The translations under genes were made by a program, and so were the position numbers. From NCBI GenBank assembly GCA_965219415.1, contig CBDCNP010000002.1, positions 1,152,001 to 1,216,000 on the forward strand: a DNA stretch of 64,000 bases, written 5' to 3'. The stretch comes from Candidatus Marinacidobacterales bacterium (lineage in GTDB: Bacteria; Acidobacteriota; Vicinamibacteria; Marinacidobacterales; DATDRI01). Of this stretch, positions 9,346-20,663 are shown one piece after another. Under the pieces are notes generated by a model. It ran no database searches. It was given only the letters and a program-made list of their open reading frames with translations, and was not told where the DNA came from. The stretch's first letter is position 1; each line of letters opens with the position of its first letter.

Positions 9346-10858
9346 GGTTCGCAAATCGTAAATTCTTGCCGCGAGGTTTCGAGCTCCTTGAGGACCACGG
9401 AGGAGATTCGGTCCGCGAGCTCGGTGGCTTCTGACAAATACTCCTCCGCTTGCTTGCGGGTCGGGGTCACGAAACGCGAATCCTTGATGCTCTTCAAGTT
9501 GATCATGACGTTGTAAAAGGCACCCTCGGCGGCCGCACGACCGATGAGTCCGGCCACGCCCGCGTCGCTGACGGTGTTGCGATTTCCTTTTTCCACCGCC
9601 ACTTTCGCAATGCGAAGCGCCGCCAAAGACTCGCGGAGCACCTCGAGAGGAACCAGCGTCGCTTGCTTGTTGGCTTCCTCGAGAGCTTCCTCACGCTCCT
9701 CCTCCGGCACCCTCATGGCGGTCATGACCTGGCTAAACGCATCGGTGTCGCGGTCGATCGCTTGTAGGAGAAAATCTTTGATGGTCTGGCCGGTGATGCC
9801 GACCTTCTTCATCTCTTCGTTGAACTTTTCGTAGCCCTTCTTGTTGAAGGTGAGGTTGGAAACCATCGCCGACAGGGCCGCGCTCAACGCTCCGGCCAGC
9901 GCCGCCACACTTCCCCCGCCGGGGGCCGGCGAGTCAGAGGAAAGTTCGTTGACGAAATCCCGTTGATTGAGGCTCGCTAAACGACCGGTTTTGCGAAAAC
10001 GCTATTCGATGATCTTCTTGTCCGGATCGAAGGGGCCGACGTCGCCGAGGCCCATCGACTGGATTGCGGTCGCCACGATCTGCTCTTCGGGAACCCCGGG
10101 CGACTTGAGCTGCTTTTCGAGATAGTAGCGACCCGCCATGAGCATCGCTTCCAAAGGAATGAGCCCCACCACTTCGCTCCCGGTAACCAACAAGCCACGC
10201 TCGAGCGCCTGCTTACGAGCTTCCTCGAGGACGATGTGCGGCGGCGTGATCTTGTAGTTCGTGAGGTTGATGGAGATTTGCGCTCGTCCATACTCTTCGA
10301 TGAACCAGCCGACGGCGCGGCAATGCTTGAAGATTACGGGGATGTTTATCTTGTTCCCCTTCTTGTCTAAGACGATATCCCCCTTGATGTAGAACTGGGC
10401 AATGTCGCCTTCCCTTTCACGCAGCCGTGTTCGCGTAGGTTGGAGGCAATATCGGAAGCGTAGGACTTGTCGCGGGTGTTCAAATTGATGTTGTACGCGA
10501 TCAGGAATTCACGTGCACCGATCGCCGTCGCCCCGGCACGCTCGTTGAGCTCAGCCGGACCGAAGCTCGGTTTCCACTTCGGATCACCGGCTCGATCCTT
10601 CAAGCCCTCGTACTCGCCTTGACGCACGTTGGCGAGGTTTTGCCACTCCTCTTTAGTGGCCGCCTGATCGTAGAGATAGACCCAGATTCCCAATTCTTCG
10701 CCGACCCGCCGGCCCAGCCGTTTGGCCAGCTCGGCGCACTCCTCCATGGTGATACCGGAGACGGGCACGAACGGGCATACATCGGTGGCTCCCATGCGAA
10801 GGATGGGCTCCTTTGTGTTGACGCATGTCGATGAGCTCGGCGGCCTTCTTGATGGCAA
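9330..10858 (-). pseudogene. ftcD: Glutamate formimidoyltransferase-cyclodeaminase (FTCD), 5'-truncated and fragmented
   Basis: IDMRQHKGAHP/RMGATDVCPFVP, GAREFLIAYNINL, GSEVVGLIP, PAPGGGSVAALAG, SDAGVA; frameshifts near 10800 and 10415, TAG at 10002-10004. Confidence 0.85.
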
Positions 10859-11517
10859 CTCGGGAGAGAATCCTTCACACCGCCCTCTCCTTGTTCCGGG
10901 AGCAGGGATTCGACAAGACCACGATGCGCGATGTCGCCGCGCAGGCCGGCCTGTCTTTGGGGGCCGCCTACTACTACTTCGAAAGCAAAGAAGCGATCGT
11001 CGGGGCCTACTACGACTACGTCCAGGCAGAGCACAAGGCGCGCGCCGAAGAGAGCTTCCTAGAGAGCGCCGATCTTCGCGCTCGGCTGGGGGCGGCCATG
11101 CACACCAAGCTCGACACACTTCAAGACGACCGAAAGCTGCTGGCGGCCCTCTTCCGCTACGGCGGTGATCCCGACCACCCCCTTTCCTGGTTCGGGGAGG
11201 CGACGCAGCATCAGAGAGACCTGAGCGAAGCCGTCTTCGCGAGCGCGCTCAGTGACGAGTCATTCCCGGAGGACATACGCCGCATGGCGCCCCGCCTTCT
11301 CTGGACGCTTCACATGGGCATGGTTCTTTACTTCGTCTTCGACCGATCGTCGGGACAGGAAAAAACGCGAAGGCTCACCGATGGGGCGCTCGATCTCGTG
11401 GTTCAAGCGAAACGAATCGCGACGAATCCGCTACTACGTCCCTTCCGTAAGAAAGTAACTGTATTGCTCGAGGATGCGGGATTGTTGCCGCGATTCGCCC
11501 CTCACGAGCCCAGATGA
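10852..11517 (+). CDS. TetR-family transcriptional regulator
   Basis: TRERILHTALSLFREQGFDKTTMRDVAAQAGLSLGAAYYYFESKE HTH; native 5' end uncertain. Confidence 0.88.
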   Translation: MATRERILHTALSLFREQGFDKTTMRDVAAQAGLSLGAAYYYFESKEAIVGAYYDYVQAEHKARAEESFLESADLRARLGAAMHTKLDTLQDDRKLLAALFRYGGDPDHPLSWFGEATQHQRDLSEAVFASALSDESFPEDIRRMAPRLLWTLHMGMVLYFVFDRSSGQEKTRRLTDGALDLVVQAKRIATNPLLRPFRKKVTVLLEDAGLLPRFAPHEPR

Positions 11518-11557
11518 TCGAAGGAGTCCCGTTTCTCAACGACGTAGGAGAAAACTC

Positions 11558-12833
11558 ATGGACAGAATCAACCGGTATCAGTGGTTAGCAGCAGCATTGT
11601 TAGTCATGGCGTGCGTCTGGCGCATGGGCACGGGCGCGGGGCAGTACCTTCTTCGCCCGCCCGAGGGAGGAACTGTGCTCCTAGGGCTCCTCGCCCTGTT
11701 GTGGCCGTGGTCCGGTGGCATCGGCCGAGTCGTCATTCGCGGGGCCGTGGTTTGGATGGCCGTCATAGCCGTTGCTTGGCCGTCGCGGTTCGTCGACATT
11801 TTCCTGCCGAACCTGGCGCTCGCCGGAATCTGGGCAGTCTGGCTCGCCTTGCTCGCTGGTCCAATTGTCGTCCCGGTGTTTTTGTTCAGGTCCAAGACCT
11901 GGCAAACCAGCAAGGGAGCCATGTTGGACGCAGGCAAGGCTTCTAATCAGAAACCCCGCATGGCGCTGGCCGCTCTCATTCTCGCCACCGCCCTAGGCGT
12001 GCTGCTCTACAGGTTCCTGGTTCATAACGGCTTGGAGCAAACATCGGCGCTGTTCATCGGAATCCCTGCTCTCCTCGCGGTGGTGGTCGTTCTCACGGTC
12101 GAGCCCCAGAACGTCCGCGGCATGATCTGCAAGGCGATCACGGTCATGCTGCTCGCTTCGGGGATCTTTCTGCGCGAGGGATTCATTTGCATCCTGATGG
12201 CCGCACCGCTCTTCCTAGGCGTCGGGCTTGTCATCGCGGCCTTGGTCGAGCGAACAAGAAAGAGTTTCACCGGCCCCGGTGCGGTGTCGTGTGTAGTGCT
12301 ACTGAGCACCACGATGAGCTTCGAGGGGGTCATCAATCAGTGGAGCTTCCCCCGGGACGAGGTCGTCTACGTCGACCAAGTGGTCGAAGCCAGCGCGCAC
12401 GAGGTGAGTAGACGCCTTTCACAGACCCCTACTTTCGATAGGGATCTACCCGTTTTTCTGAGATTCGGTTTCCCCACTCCCCAACTCACGTCGGGCTCCG
12501 GAATAGCAGTGGGAGATGTGCGCAGGAGATGTGCGCACGATTCTTTTCGCCGGTGGAGAGGGTGACCCCGGTGAGCTGACTCTGGAAGTGATTGAGTCCC
12601 AGCCCGGTCGTGTCCGCTTCCGCTCGATCTCGGACGAAAGTCACATCACCCATTGGCTGACCTGGAAGGAAGCCGAGGTGGAATGGCAGACGCTCGGGCA
12701 ACGTAGGACGCACGTTCGATGGACGTTACGTTACCGTCGTGAGCTCGCCCCCTACTGGTACTTCGCCCCCTGGGAACGCTATGCGGTTTCCCTGGCCGCG
12801 GACTACCTGATCGAAACGGTCATCACGCCCTAG
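11558..12833 (+). pseudogene. Membrane protein with C-terminal SRPBCC-like domain, frameshifted by a 13-bp duplication
   Basis: LEQTSALFIGIP, EGFICILMAAP, FLRFGFPTP, then SHITHWL...YRRELAPYWYFAPW in another frame; ggagatgtgcgca occurs twice at 12512-12537. Confidence 0.7.
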
Positions 12834-12844
12834 GAGAACACTTG

Positions 12845-14174
12845 ATGATCGACAACGCCCTGGCGGTCCGCGCGGTAGGACTCTACTTGCCAACGCTACT
12901 CACGCTCGCTGCCTGGCTCTGGACGCGCCCTTCAATGCGGGAACGCGCGGGCGTTCTCCTAGCCTGTATCTGGAACCTCGTAACGCTCTTGACCGTAAAC
13001 GGACTCGCCCCTCGATTCGGTTGGTGGAGCTTCGATGCCGAGGGTGGCCTCCTGATGGGTATGCCGGTGGATCTGTATTTGGGCTGGGTTCTCTTTTGGG
13101 GAGCCGTCCCCGCCTTGGGGTTTCGTCGGGTTCACCTCGCACTCGTCGTGGCGGTCCTGGTTTGGCTCGATCTGGTCGCCATGCCTCAGGCGACACCCGT
13201 CGTACGGCTCGGAGCAAACTGGCTGCTCGGTGAAGCCGCGGCCGTCGCGTTGTGTCTTGTCCCGTCACAGCTCTTGGCGCGATGGACGGCCGAGGATCAG
13301 AACCTGGGCGCTCGAGCGTGCTTGCAGGTGATGGCCCTTCTCGGGCCTCTTGCTGCTCGTGATGCCCCAAATTATCTTGGAGCAAACGGGAGGAGACTGG
13401 GCCGGCTTGTTGAATCGCTCACGCTGGAGCTTGGGTCTCGCGCTGCAAGCGCTCGCGATCCCGGCCGTCATCGGACTCAGCGCGGTCCAGGAGTTCGCAA
13501 ACCGTGGCCGCGGGACTCCCCTCCCCTACGACCCACCGAAGCAACTCGTCTCTACTGGTCCGTACGCGTACGTAGCCAACCCCATGCAACTATCGGCAGT
13601 GCTGTTGCTCGTCGGGTGGGGACTACTCTTGGAGAGCCTTTGGATCGCTTCCGCGGGGATCATGAGCCATATCTTCAGTGCTGGCATAGCAGCTTGGTCG
13701 GAGAGCCAGGATCTCCGCGAACGATTCGGCGATCGCTGGTACAACTATCGCCTGGCGGTTCGAAATTGGTGGCCGCGTTGGCGGCCTTGGCATCCGTCCG
13801 ACTTCGATCCGGGCGCACCCAAGGCTCGACTCTATATTGCAGAAAGCTGCCTCCCGTGCTCCCAAATCCAGCGATGGTTCTCGCGTCGGAATCCGATGGG
13901 ACTGATGGTTGTACCGGCCGAAGACCATCCGAGGCGCGATCTCGACCGCATCACTTACGACCCGCAAAACGGGTGCCGCGAGGAATCTGGCATTGCTGGG
14001 CTTGCTCGTGGACTGGAGCACATCAACTTGGCGTACGCCTGGCTTTCGTTCCTGATGAGGCTCCCCGGCCTGAGTCGTTTGTTGCAGCTCGTTGCTGATG
14101 CCTCGGGCACGACGCCTCGCCGGGTGCATCGCTCTCCCGCGGCGAATCGCCGAGCGATTTCCAGTCGCAACTAA
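12845..14174 (+). pseudogene. Membrane protein with isoprenylcysteine/phospholipid methyltransferase-like domain and C-terminal DCC1-like CxxC, frameshifted
   Basis: GRGTPLPYDPPKQLVSTGPYAYVANPMQ motif; C-terminal SCLPCS; frame change near 13335. Confidence 0.7.
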
Positions 14175-14263
14175 CTAAGGACCCGCCCTGCTCTTGTAGC
14201 GGAGGTATTGTCATTGGTTTGTCGCTTGGGATAGTCTCTACGACGACGGGAGGAGAATAGCGG

Positions 14264-15331
14264 ATGCGATTGGCGAGCATGATCAATGCCGTGGATCTTC
14301 ACTGCGGTGGTGAGCCCGGCCGAGTCATCGTGGGAGGCGTGTGCGACGTCCCCGGCAAGACGATGTTCGAGAAAATGAAATACCTCGAGACGCAGGCGGA
14401 CGACTTGCGCAAGCGCATGCTTCGCGAGCCACGGGGATTCCCTGCTTCGAATTGCAACCTCATCCTGCCTCCGACATTGCCGGAAGCGGACGCGGGATTC
14501 GTCATCATGGAACAGACCGAATACCCGGTTATGTCCGGCACCAACACCATTTGCGTGACCACGACGCTCATCGAAACAGGAATGGTGCCGGTGGAAGAGC
14601 CGATCACCAAACTGCTCCTGGAATCGCCCGCCGGCCTGGTCCCGGTGACGGCGGAAGTCAAGAACGGGAAGGTGAAGCGAGTGACGTTCGAGAATCTTCC
14701 TGGCTTTGCTGTGCATCTCGACGCCCCCATCGAAGTACCCGAGCTCGGCACCGTTAAGGTGGACGTGACCTATGGCGGCATGTTTTACGTCATCGCCGAT
14801 GCCACGCAGTTCGGGCTGCGACTGACGGCCGATGAGGGCCGAGACATCGTGCGTATCGGAGAGATGATCAAGGCAACGGCCGCGGAGAAGTTCAAGGTCG
14901 TCCATCCCGAGAACCCCGGCATCAACGGCATCACCATCGCCCAACTTTCCGGACCTCCTCTACATCCGGAGGCGACGGTCAAGAATGCGGTGATCGTCTC
15001 GACCGGCGTCCTCGACTGGGACCAACGCTCGTCCTGGACAGGAGCCCTGGATCGCTCACCGTGCGGTACCGGCACCTGCGCCAAGATGATGGCGCTTCAC
15101 GCCAAGGGCGAGTTGCCGTTGAACCAGGATTTCTTCCACGAAGGACCCCTAGGAACGATCTTCACCGGCCGACTGATCCGGGAGACCAAAGTCGGAGACT
15201 ACAAGGCGGCGGTGCCCACTTTGAGCGGCCAGGCGTGGATCACGGGGTTCGCTCAGTATGTGGTGGATCCGGAAGACCCCTTCCCTGACGGGTTCACGGT
15301 CGGCGATATCTGGGGGAAGGTCGATGATTAG
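14264..15331 (+). CDS. Proline racemase family protein (Ser/Cys catalytic pair; hydroxyproline epimerase-like)
   Basis: HCGGEPGR, LREPRG, MSGTN, YGG, DRSPCGTGT. Confidence 0.88.
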   Translation: MRLASMINAVDLHCGGEPGRVIVGGVCDVPGKTMFEKMKYLETQADDLRKRMLREPRGFPASNCNLILPPTLPEADAGFVIMEQTEYPVMSGTNTICVTTTLIETGMVPVEEPITKLLLESPAGLVPVTAEVKNGKVKRVTFENLPGFAVHLDAPIEVPELGTVKVDVTYGGMFYVIADATQFGLRLTADEGRDIVRIGEMIKATAAEKFKVVHPENPGINGITIAQLSGPPLHPEATVKNAVIVSTGVLDWDQRSSWTGALDRSPCGTGTCAKMMALHAKGELPLNQDFFHEGPLGTIFTGRLIRETKVGDYKAAVPTLSGQAWITGFAQYVVDPEDPFPDGFTVGDIWGKVDD

Positions 15332-15352
15332 GATCCAAACCACAGGCGGCCA

Positions 15353-16942
15353 ATGAGATTCGCGGTCACTGCCTTACTCGTTCTCCCCATGCTCATCGGG
15401 TGCGAGCGGCGGGAGCCGGCGCCCATCGCCCCTATCCCACTTGTCGAAGCCACGATTGCGGACATCCAGGAGGCGATCCTCTCGGGTCGAACGACCTGTC
15501 GCCTGGTCGTCGAAGGCTACCTGGCGCGCATCGAGGAATACGACAAGTCCACGGGGCTTAACGCCATCACCGTAGTGAACCCGAACGCGCTCGCGCGCGC
15601 GGACGAAATCGACCAAGCCGTCGCGAGAGGGGAGGAGCTCGGGCCCCTCTTTTGCGCGCCCATCCTCGTCAAGGACAACTTCGACACGCACGATCTGCCC
15701 ACCACTGGAGGTTCGATCGCGCTCAAGGACAGCATTCCGCCAGACGATGCCTTCATGGTCCGGAAGCTCCGAGAAGCGGATGCGATCGTGCTCGCGAAGA
15801 CCAACATGGCGGAGTGGGCCTTCAGTGCGCGGCAAACAGTGAGCTCGTCCTACGGAACCACCGCGAACGCCTACGCGCTCGACCGCGTACCCGCGGGCTC
15901 GAGCGGTGGGACCGCGTCGGGAGTCGCTGCGAGCTTCGGCGTGGCCGGGCTCGGTTCCGACACCGGAAACTCCATTCGAGGACCCTCCTCGCATTCGGCG
16001 CTTTTCGGGATTCGCTCGACCATCGGTCTCACCAGCAGGGACGGGGTCATCCCACTCGCCTTCGACCACGATATCGCCGGTCCCATGACTCGGACGGTCG
16101 AGGACGGCGCCCGTCTGTTCGACGTCGTGGCTGGGTACGACCCGGCGGATCCCTACACCGAGCTCGGGAGGGGAAAACGCGAGACCGACTACCGAGATTT
16201 TCTCGACGCCAACGGCCTGAACGGAGCGCGTCTGGGTGTCCTGCGGGCGCTCGTCGATACCGAAGACGCCGATCCCGAGGTGACGGCGCTCTTCGAGAAA
16301 GCGCTCGCGGACCTAAGGGCGGCGGGCGCAACCCTCATCGACCCGGTCGTGGTGGATGACTTCGAAGAGCATTCGAACGCGGACAACGATTGTCGGCGCT
16401 TTCGCTACGACATGCACGTCTACCTCCAATCGCTGGGACAGGAGGCTCCCATTAGGGATATCAAAGACGTATACGAAGCGGGAACCTATTCGCCCTACAT
16501 CGAGAGTCGGCTCGCACGCCACCAGGACACGCCGCTCGATGTCGCGCCCGAGAATTGGAATCCACCCTGCCCCGCCTACGCGGAGCACCCGGGCCGGCAA
16601 GCCTATCTCGCCGACGTGGTCGCGGCCATGGATCGCGAGGGGGTCGATGCGCTCGTGTACCCGACGTGGACGAACCCTCCGGCGCACCTCGACAAACCCA
16701 TCGAGGAGTACAAGGGGGACAACAGCCAGCTGGTCGCACCCGCAACCGGCATGCCGGCGGTCACCGTGCCGATGAGCGTCACGTACGGCAACCTTCCCGC
16801 CGGGCTACAGATCCTCGGCCGCCCCTACTCGGAAGGAGTCCTAATTCGACTGGCCTACGCCTACGAGCAGGCGACCCACCACCGACTCCCGCCGGAAAGT
16901 TTCCCACAGCTTAAAGGCGAGGGGATACCTGCTGAGAACTAG
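15353..16942 (+). CDS. Amidase signature family enzyme, probably a lipoprotein
   Basis: KDN, GSSGG, GSDTGNSIRGPS; N-terminal LIGC lipobox-like. Confidence 0.9.
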   Translation: MRFAVTALLVLPMLIGCERREPAPIAPIPLVEATIADIQEAILSGRTTCRLVVEGYLARIEEYDKSTGLNAITVVNPNALARADEIDQAVARGEELGPLFCAPILVKDNFDTHDLPTTGGSIALKDSIPPDDAFMVRKLREADAIVLAKTNMAEWAFSARQTVSSSYGTTANAYALDRVPAGSSGGTASGVAASFGVAGLGSDTGNSIRGPSSHSALFGIRSTIGLTSRDGVIPLAFDHDIAGPMTRTVEDGARLFDVVAGYDPADPYTELGRGKRETDYRDFLDANGLNGARLGVLRALVDTEDADPEVTALFEKALADLRAAGATLIDPVVVDDFEEHSNADNDCRRFRYDMHVYLQSLGQEAPIRDIKDVYEAGTYSPYIESRLARHQDTPLDVAPENWNPPCPAYAEHPGRQAYLADVVAAMDREGVDALVYPTWTNPPAHLDKPIEEYKGDNSQLVAPATGMPAVTVPMSVTYGNLPAGLQILGRPYSEGVLIRLAYAYEQATHHRLPPESFPQLKGEGIPAEN

Positions 16943-17781
16943 GGCATACTGCGGTAGATGTTCTCGATCCAACCCTCGGCGTTCATATAGCCCTTACCCC
17001 AGTCGTCATACTTCGGCGGGAAGCCTTCTTTCTTGATTTGATCCAGGCTCATTCCAGCGTTCTTTTTTCGCTGGACGATCCCGATCGTCTCCTCGAGCAT
17101 ATCCCGATAAGACCTCAACTCCCTCAGGTCGGAAACCGGCCCGTGACCGGCGATGAGCATCGCATTTTGGGGTATCAACGGCAACACCGCTTCTATGTTC
17201 TTCCAGATTCCCATCGCCGTCCCGCCGGCTCCAATATCGGCGAGAGGAAAACTCGAGATTCCGGAGTTCCATAGATCTCCCAGGTGCACCACGTTCGATT
17301 CCGTGAAGAAGATCACGATATCGCCGTCGGTATGACCATCGGGATAGTGAACGGCCTTGATCTCCTCGCCGTTGAAGTAAACGGAGGCTTCCTGTACGAA
17401 CGTTACCTCCGGCCAATGTCCCTTGGCCTTATGGAGAAGGCGCTTTCGCGCGTTGGTGTGGGCGATGATCGTAGCGCTCGCGCCGAGATTCTCGTTGCCG
17501 TCCGAATGGTCATCGTGAAAGTGTGTGTTCAGGATGTACCTGAGATCACTTCTTGCTGGGCCGCTCAACTTGTTGAGGGCGGCGCCGATCTGATCGGTTA
17601 GTGGAGCAAACTGATCATCGACGATCAGGATGCCGTCCTCACCCACCGACACCCCGATATTGCCGGCTACGTCCCCGCTCGCCTCCAGCATGTACACGTT
17701 CCCGCCCACGTGCTCGGCCCGGATCGTCACGCCGGTGAGGTCGGGCATTTGCGCTAGAAGCGCGACGAGTAGGATGGGCAT
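16939..17781 (-). CDS. Metallo-beta-lactamase fold hydrolase (cyclase-like)
   Basis: THFHDDH, GHTDGD, HLGD, GHG motifs. Confidence 0.88.
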   Translation of the reverse strand: MPILLVALLAQMPDLTGVTIRAEHVGGNVYMLEASGDVAGNIGVSVGEDGILIVDDQFAPLTDQIGAALNKLSGPARSDLRYILNTHFHDDHSDGNENLGASATIIAHTNARKRLLHKAKGHWPEVTFVQEASVYFNGEEIKAVHYPDGHTDGDIVIFFTESNVVHLGDLWNSGISSFPLADIGAGGTAMGIWKNIEAVLPLIPQNAMLIAGHGPVSDLRELRSYRDMLEETIGIVQRKKNAGMSLDQIKKEGFPPKYDDWGKGYMNAEGWIENIYRSMP

Positions 17782-17784
17782 GGC

Positions 17785-18819
17785 CTACACGACCTGCATT
17801 TTCATCCAGCCGGCGGTGTTGTGGAAATTGGCCACCACACTGCCCGGGGGAACCAGCGCATCACATGCGGCGCGGGTCGAATCATCCAGGGTCATTTCCT
17901 TCACCGGCAGGAGATCATCCATGTGTTTTTCGGTCCGGGGCCCGATGAGAGGTGCGGTAATCCCCGGCTGGTCCTTGCACCAAAGCACCGCGAGCTGAGC
18001 CGGCTTCAATCCAGCCTCTTTCGCGATGCGCGTGAACTCGATGCCCACTTCGATGCCTCGGTCGCTGACCCGATCGGCGTAGAATCCTCCCCGCAGTTTG
18101 GCCCGCGAGCCCTCCGGAAACTCTCCGGCCTTCTTGTATCGACCGGCGAGAACTCCCATCGCCATAGGTGCCCAGGTGATGATCCCCACTCCGTTTCTCT
18201 GGCACATGGGGACCAGCTCGTTCTCGATGCGTCGGTCCAACAGATTGTAGGGCGGCTGCTCGGAAACATAGCGTGGATAGCCTTTCAGCTCGGCCACCAT
18301 GATCGCCTCCTGAACCACCCACGCCGGGTGTGTCGAACAGCCGATATAACGCACCTTCCCCTGGCGCACCAGGTCATTCAAGGCGCTCAAGGTCTCGTCG
18401 AGAGGGATGTCGTCAGAGTAGCGATGGATCTGATAGAGATCGATGTAGTCGGTCTGTAGACGCTTCAGCGAATTTTCACACGCACGGATTACGTTCAGGC
18501 GCGTGTGGCCGTGGTCGTTGGGACCAAAGGTGCTCGGATCGTCCAGCGAGAACCCGGGCTGCCTTTTGCCGTGATCCACTTTCGTCGCGATGACCATATC
18601 GTGGCGGCGCCCGTTGGCCTTCAAGGCTCGTCCGATGATCTTTTCCCCTTCCCCATCCGCATAGACATCTCCCGTATCGAGGAGATTGAGGCCCTCGTCC
18701 ATCGCTCGGTTCAATATCCGTGTCGCCTCATCTTCCGGTGTCGGATCGGCGAAATTGTCGGTACCCAGGCAAATCGGCGATACGCGAACGCCGGTGCGAC
18801 CCAGAACGCGGTATTCCAT
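17785..18819 (-). CDS. Aldo/keto reductase
   Basis: LDTGDVY, ATK, SLKRLQTDYIDLYQIH, GKVRYIG, EQPPYNL. Confidence 0.92.
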   Translation of the reverse strand: MEYRVLGRTGVRVSPICLGTDNFADPTPEDEATRILNRAMDEGLNLLDTGDVYADGEGEKIIGRALKANGRRHDMVIATKVDHGKRQPGFSLDDPSTFGPNDHGHTRLNVIRACENSLKRLQTDYIDLYQIHRYSDDIPLDETLSALNDLVRQGKVRYIGCSTHPAWVVQEAIMVAELKGYPRYVSEQPPYNLLDRRIENELVPMCQRNGVGIITWAPMAMGVLAGRYKKAGEFPEGSRAKLRGGFYADRVSDRGIEVGIEFTRIAKEAGLKPAQLAVLWCKDQPGITAPLIGPRTEKHMDDLLPVKEMTLDDSTRAACDALVPPGSVVANFHNTAGWMKMQVV

Positions 18820-18864
18820 AAGAACTCCTTTTCAAATTGGACGCTGCGGTCCGAATACCCTCAA

Positions 18865-20151
18865 TTAGTTCCCCACGTAGCCGAAAAGGGTCGGCAGGAA
18901 CAGCGTAATAGCGGGAACATAGCTGATTAGCAGAAGCGTTGCCACAAGAATCACAAGAAACGGAATGAGCGGCCTGACGACCGACTCGATCGGCGTTCCA
19001 CTAATACCGCAAGACACATACAGACAGATCCCCACCGGTGGCGAGATCATTCCAATGCCGACGTTGGCCGCGATCAAAATCCCAAGGTGAATGGGCTCGA
19101 TCCCGAAGGCAACGCCGGCGGGAACGAGAATGGGCATCAAAACGATGATGGGCGGCAAGGCATCCATGATCATCCCCAGGACTAAGAACACCACATGGAC
19201 CATGAGAAGGAACACGATCCAGTTGAACGCATAGGTCGTGATCAGCTCTGCCAGAAGATGAGGGATTCGCTCGAAGGTCAAGACGAACGAGAAGAGGGCG
19301 GCCATGCCGAGCACGAGCAGAACCACACCCGTAAGCGAGCAGGTTTGCAATAGAACCTTCGGCAGATCGGTCAGCTTCAGATCTTTATAGACGAAGAAAG
19401 AAACGATGAAACCGTAGACGACGGCGACCGCAGAGGCCTCGGTGGGTGTGAAGATGCCGCCATAGATCCCACCCAGAATGATCACCACCATCAGTATTGG
19501 AAGAAAACCCTTCCCGCAGGTTCGGAGTTTTTCTCGCCACGGTACCTGAGGCTCGAGGGGGAGGTTGAGCTTGCGAGAAAAATGGTAAGCCAATCCCATG
19601 ATCGCGAGGCCGTTCACTGCGGCCGGGAGAAGACCCGCCGCGAAGAGGCCGCCGATCGATATGTTAGCCACCACCCCGATGATGATGAGGTCGATGGCCG
19701 GAGGAACCAGCGTCGACACGCCGCCCGCCGCGGCGAAGATCGCGGTTGCGAAAGGTGCTGGATACTGCTTTCGCCTCATCTCTGGTAGCGCCACCGATCC
19801 GATGGCGGCGGTGTTCGCGCTGGGCGACCCGGAGATTCCGGAAAACAGCATCGTGGAAAAGATGACCACCAGGCCCAGTCCGCCGCGGATCCTACCGACG
19901 AAAACGAGCGCCATATCCACGATGCGTTGGGCGAAACCGCCCTGCGACATTAGTGAGCCCGCCAGGACAAACAGCGGTATGGCGAGGAGCGGAAACGAAT
20001 CGAGGCCAGCAAGGAACTTCTGCGGCAGCACGATGAGAAATTCGGGTGAAACGTAGAGGAGTCCCGCTAGGGCCGACAAACCGAGCGCGAAACCTACGGG
20101 CACTGACAGAAGCAGCGTCACGACCAGGGTGATGGCAACGACCAGTCCCAT
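18865..20151 (-). CDS. dctM: TRAP transporter large permease
   Basis: LLAIPLFVLAG, GISGS, GGIFTPTEAS, SPPVG. Confidence 0.92.
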   Translation of the reverse strand: MGLVVAITLVVTLLLSVPVGFALGLSALAGLLYVSPEFLIVLPQKFLAGLDSFPLLAIPLFVLAGSLMSQGGFAQRIVDMALVFVGRIRGGLGLVVIFSTMLFSGISGSPSANTAAIGSVALPEMRRKQYPAPFATAIFAAAGGVSTLVPPAIDLIIIGVVANISIGGLFAAGLLPAAVNGLAIMGLAYHFSRKLNLPLEPQVPWREKLRTCGKGFLPILMVVIILGGIYGGIFTPTEASAVAVVYGFIVSFFVYKDLKLTDLPKVLLQTCSLTGVVLLVLGMAALFSFVLTFERIPHLLAELITTYAFNWIVFLLMVHVVFLVLGMIMDALPPIIVLMPILVPAGVAFGIEPIHLGILIAANVGIGMISPPVGICLYVSCGISGTPIESVVRPLIPFLVILVATLLLISYVPAITLFLPTLFGYVGN

Positions 20152-20155
20152 AAGA

Positions 20156-20650
20156 TCAGCCTTCGGCGTCGAGCGCCCGATTCCGGCGCTCCGACCACCA
20201 GTTTCGAAGCACGTAGTAGAGCATCAAGACGCCACCGACGATCGCCGAGGAATACGGGATCGCCATGGACATCTGAGTGCCGGGCGCCGTCATATTCGTG
20301 ACGCTCAGAGTGTAGAGGACGGCCTGATAAGAGAAAAAGATTAGGAAGATCGAAACAGACAGCACCACCAGGTCGCTCACAACGGTCCGCGGTCTCGGCC
20401 CGAGACGGTTAACCACGAAACGTAAGGCGAAGTGAGATTTGGTCTTGAAGGCATAGGCGGAGCTGAGCGCGGCCAACCACAGGAAAAGGAAACGGGCCAG
20501 CTCCTCCGACCAGTCGAGAGAGGTGCGGAACACGTAGCGGAAAAGGACCTGCGAGAAGGTTACCGCCACGATCGCGACGAGCACCAGGCACAGGACCACT
20601 TCCAGAGGATTCTTCCTGATGACGGCCCAAATCGAATCGCCTCGTTCCAT
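20156..20650 (-). CDS. dctQ: TRAP transporter small permease
   Basis: QVLFRYV...WSEELARFLF; four TM segments. Confidence 0.9.
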   Translation of the reverse strand: MERGDSIWAVIRKNPLEVVLCLVLVAIVAVTFSQVLFRYVFRTSLDWSEELARFLFLWLAALSSAYAFKTKSHFALRFVVNRLGPRPRTVVSDLVVLSVSIFLIFFSYQAVLYTLSVTNMTAPGTQMSMAIPYSSAIVGGVLMLYYVLRNWWSERRNRALDAEG

Positions 20651-20663
20651 GCGGCCGAGCTCC

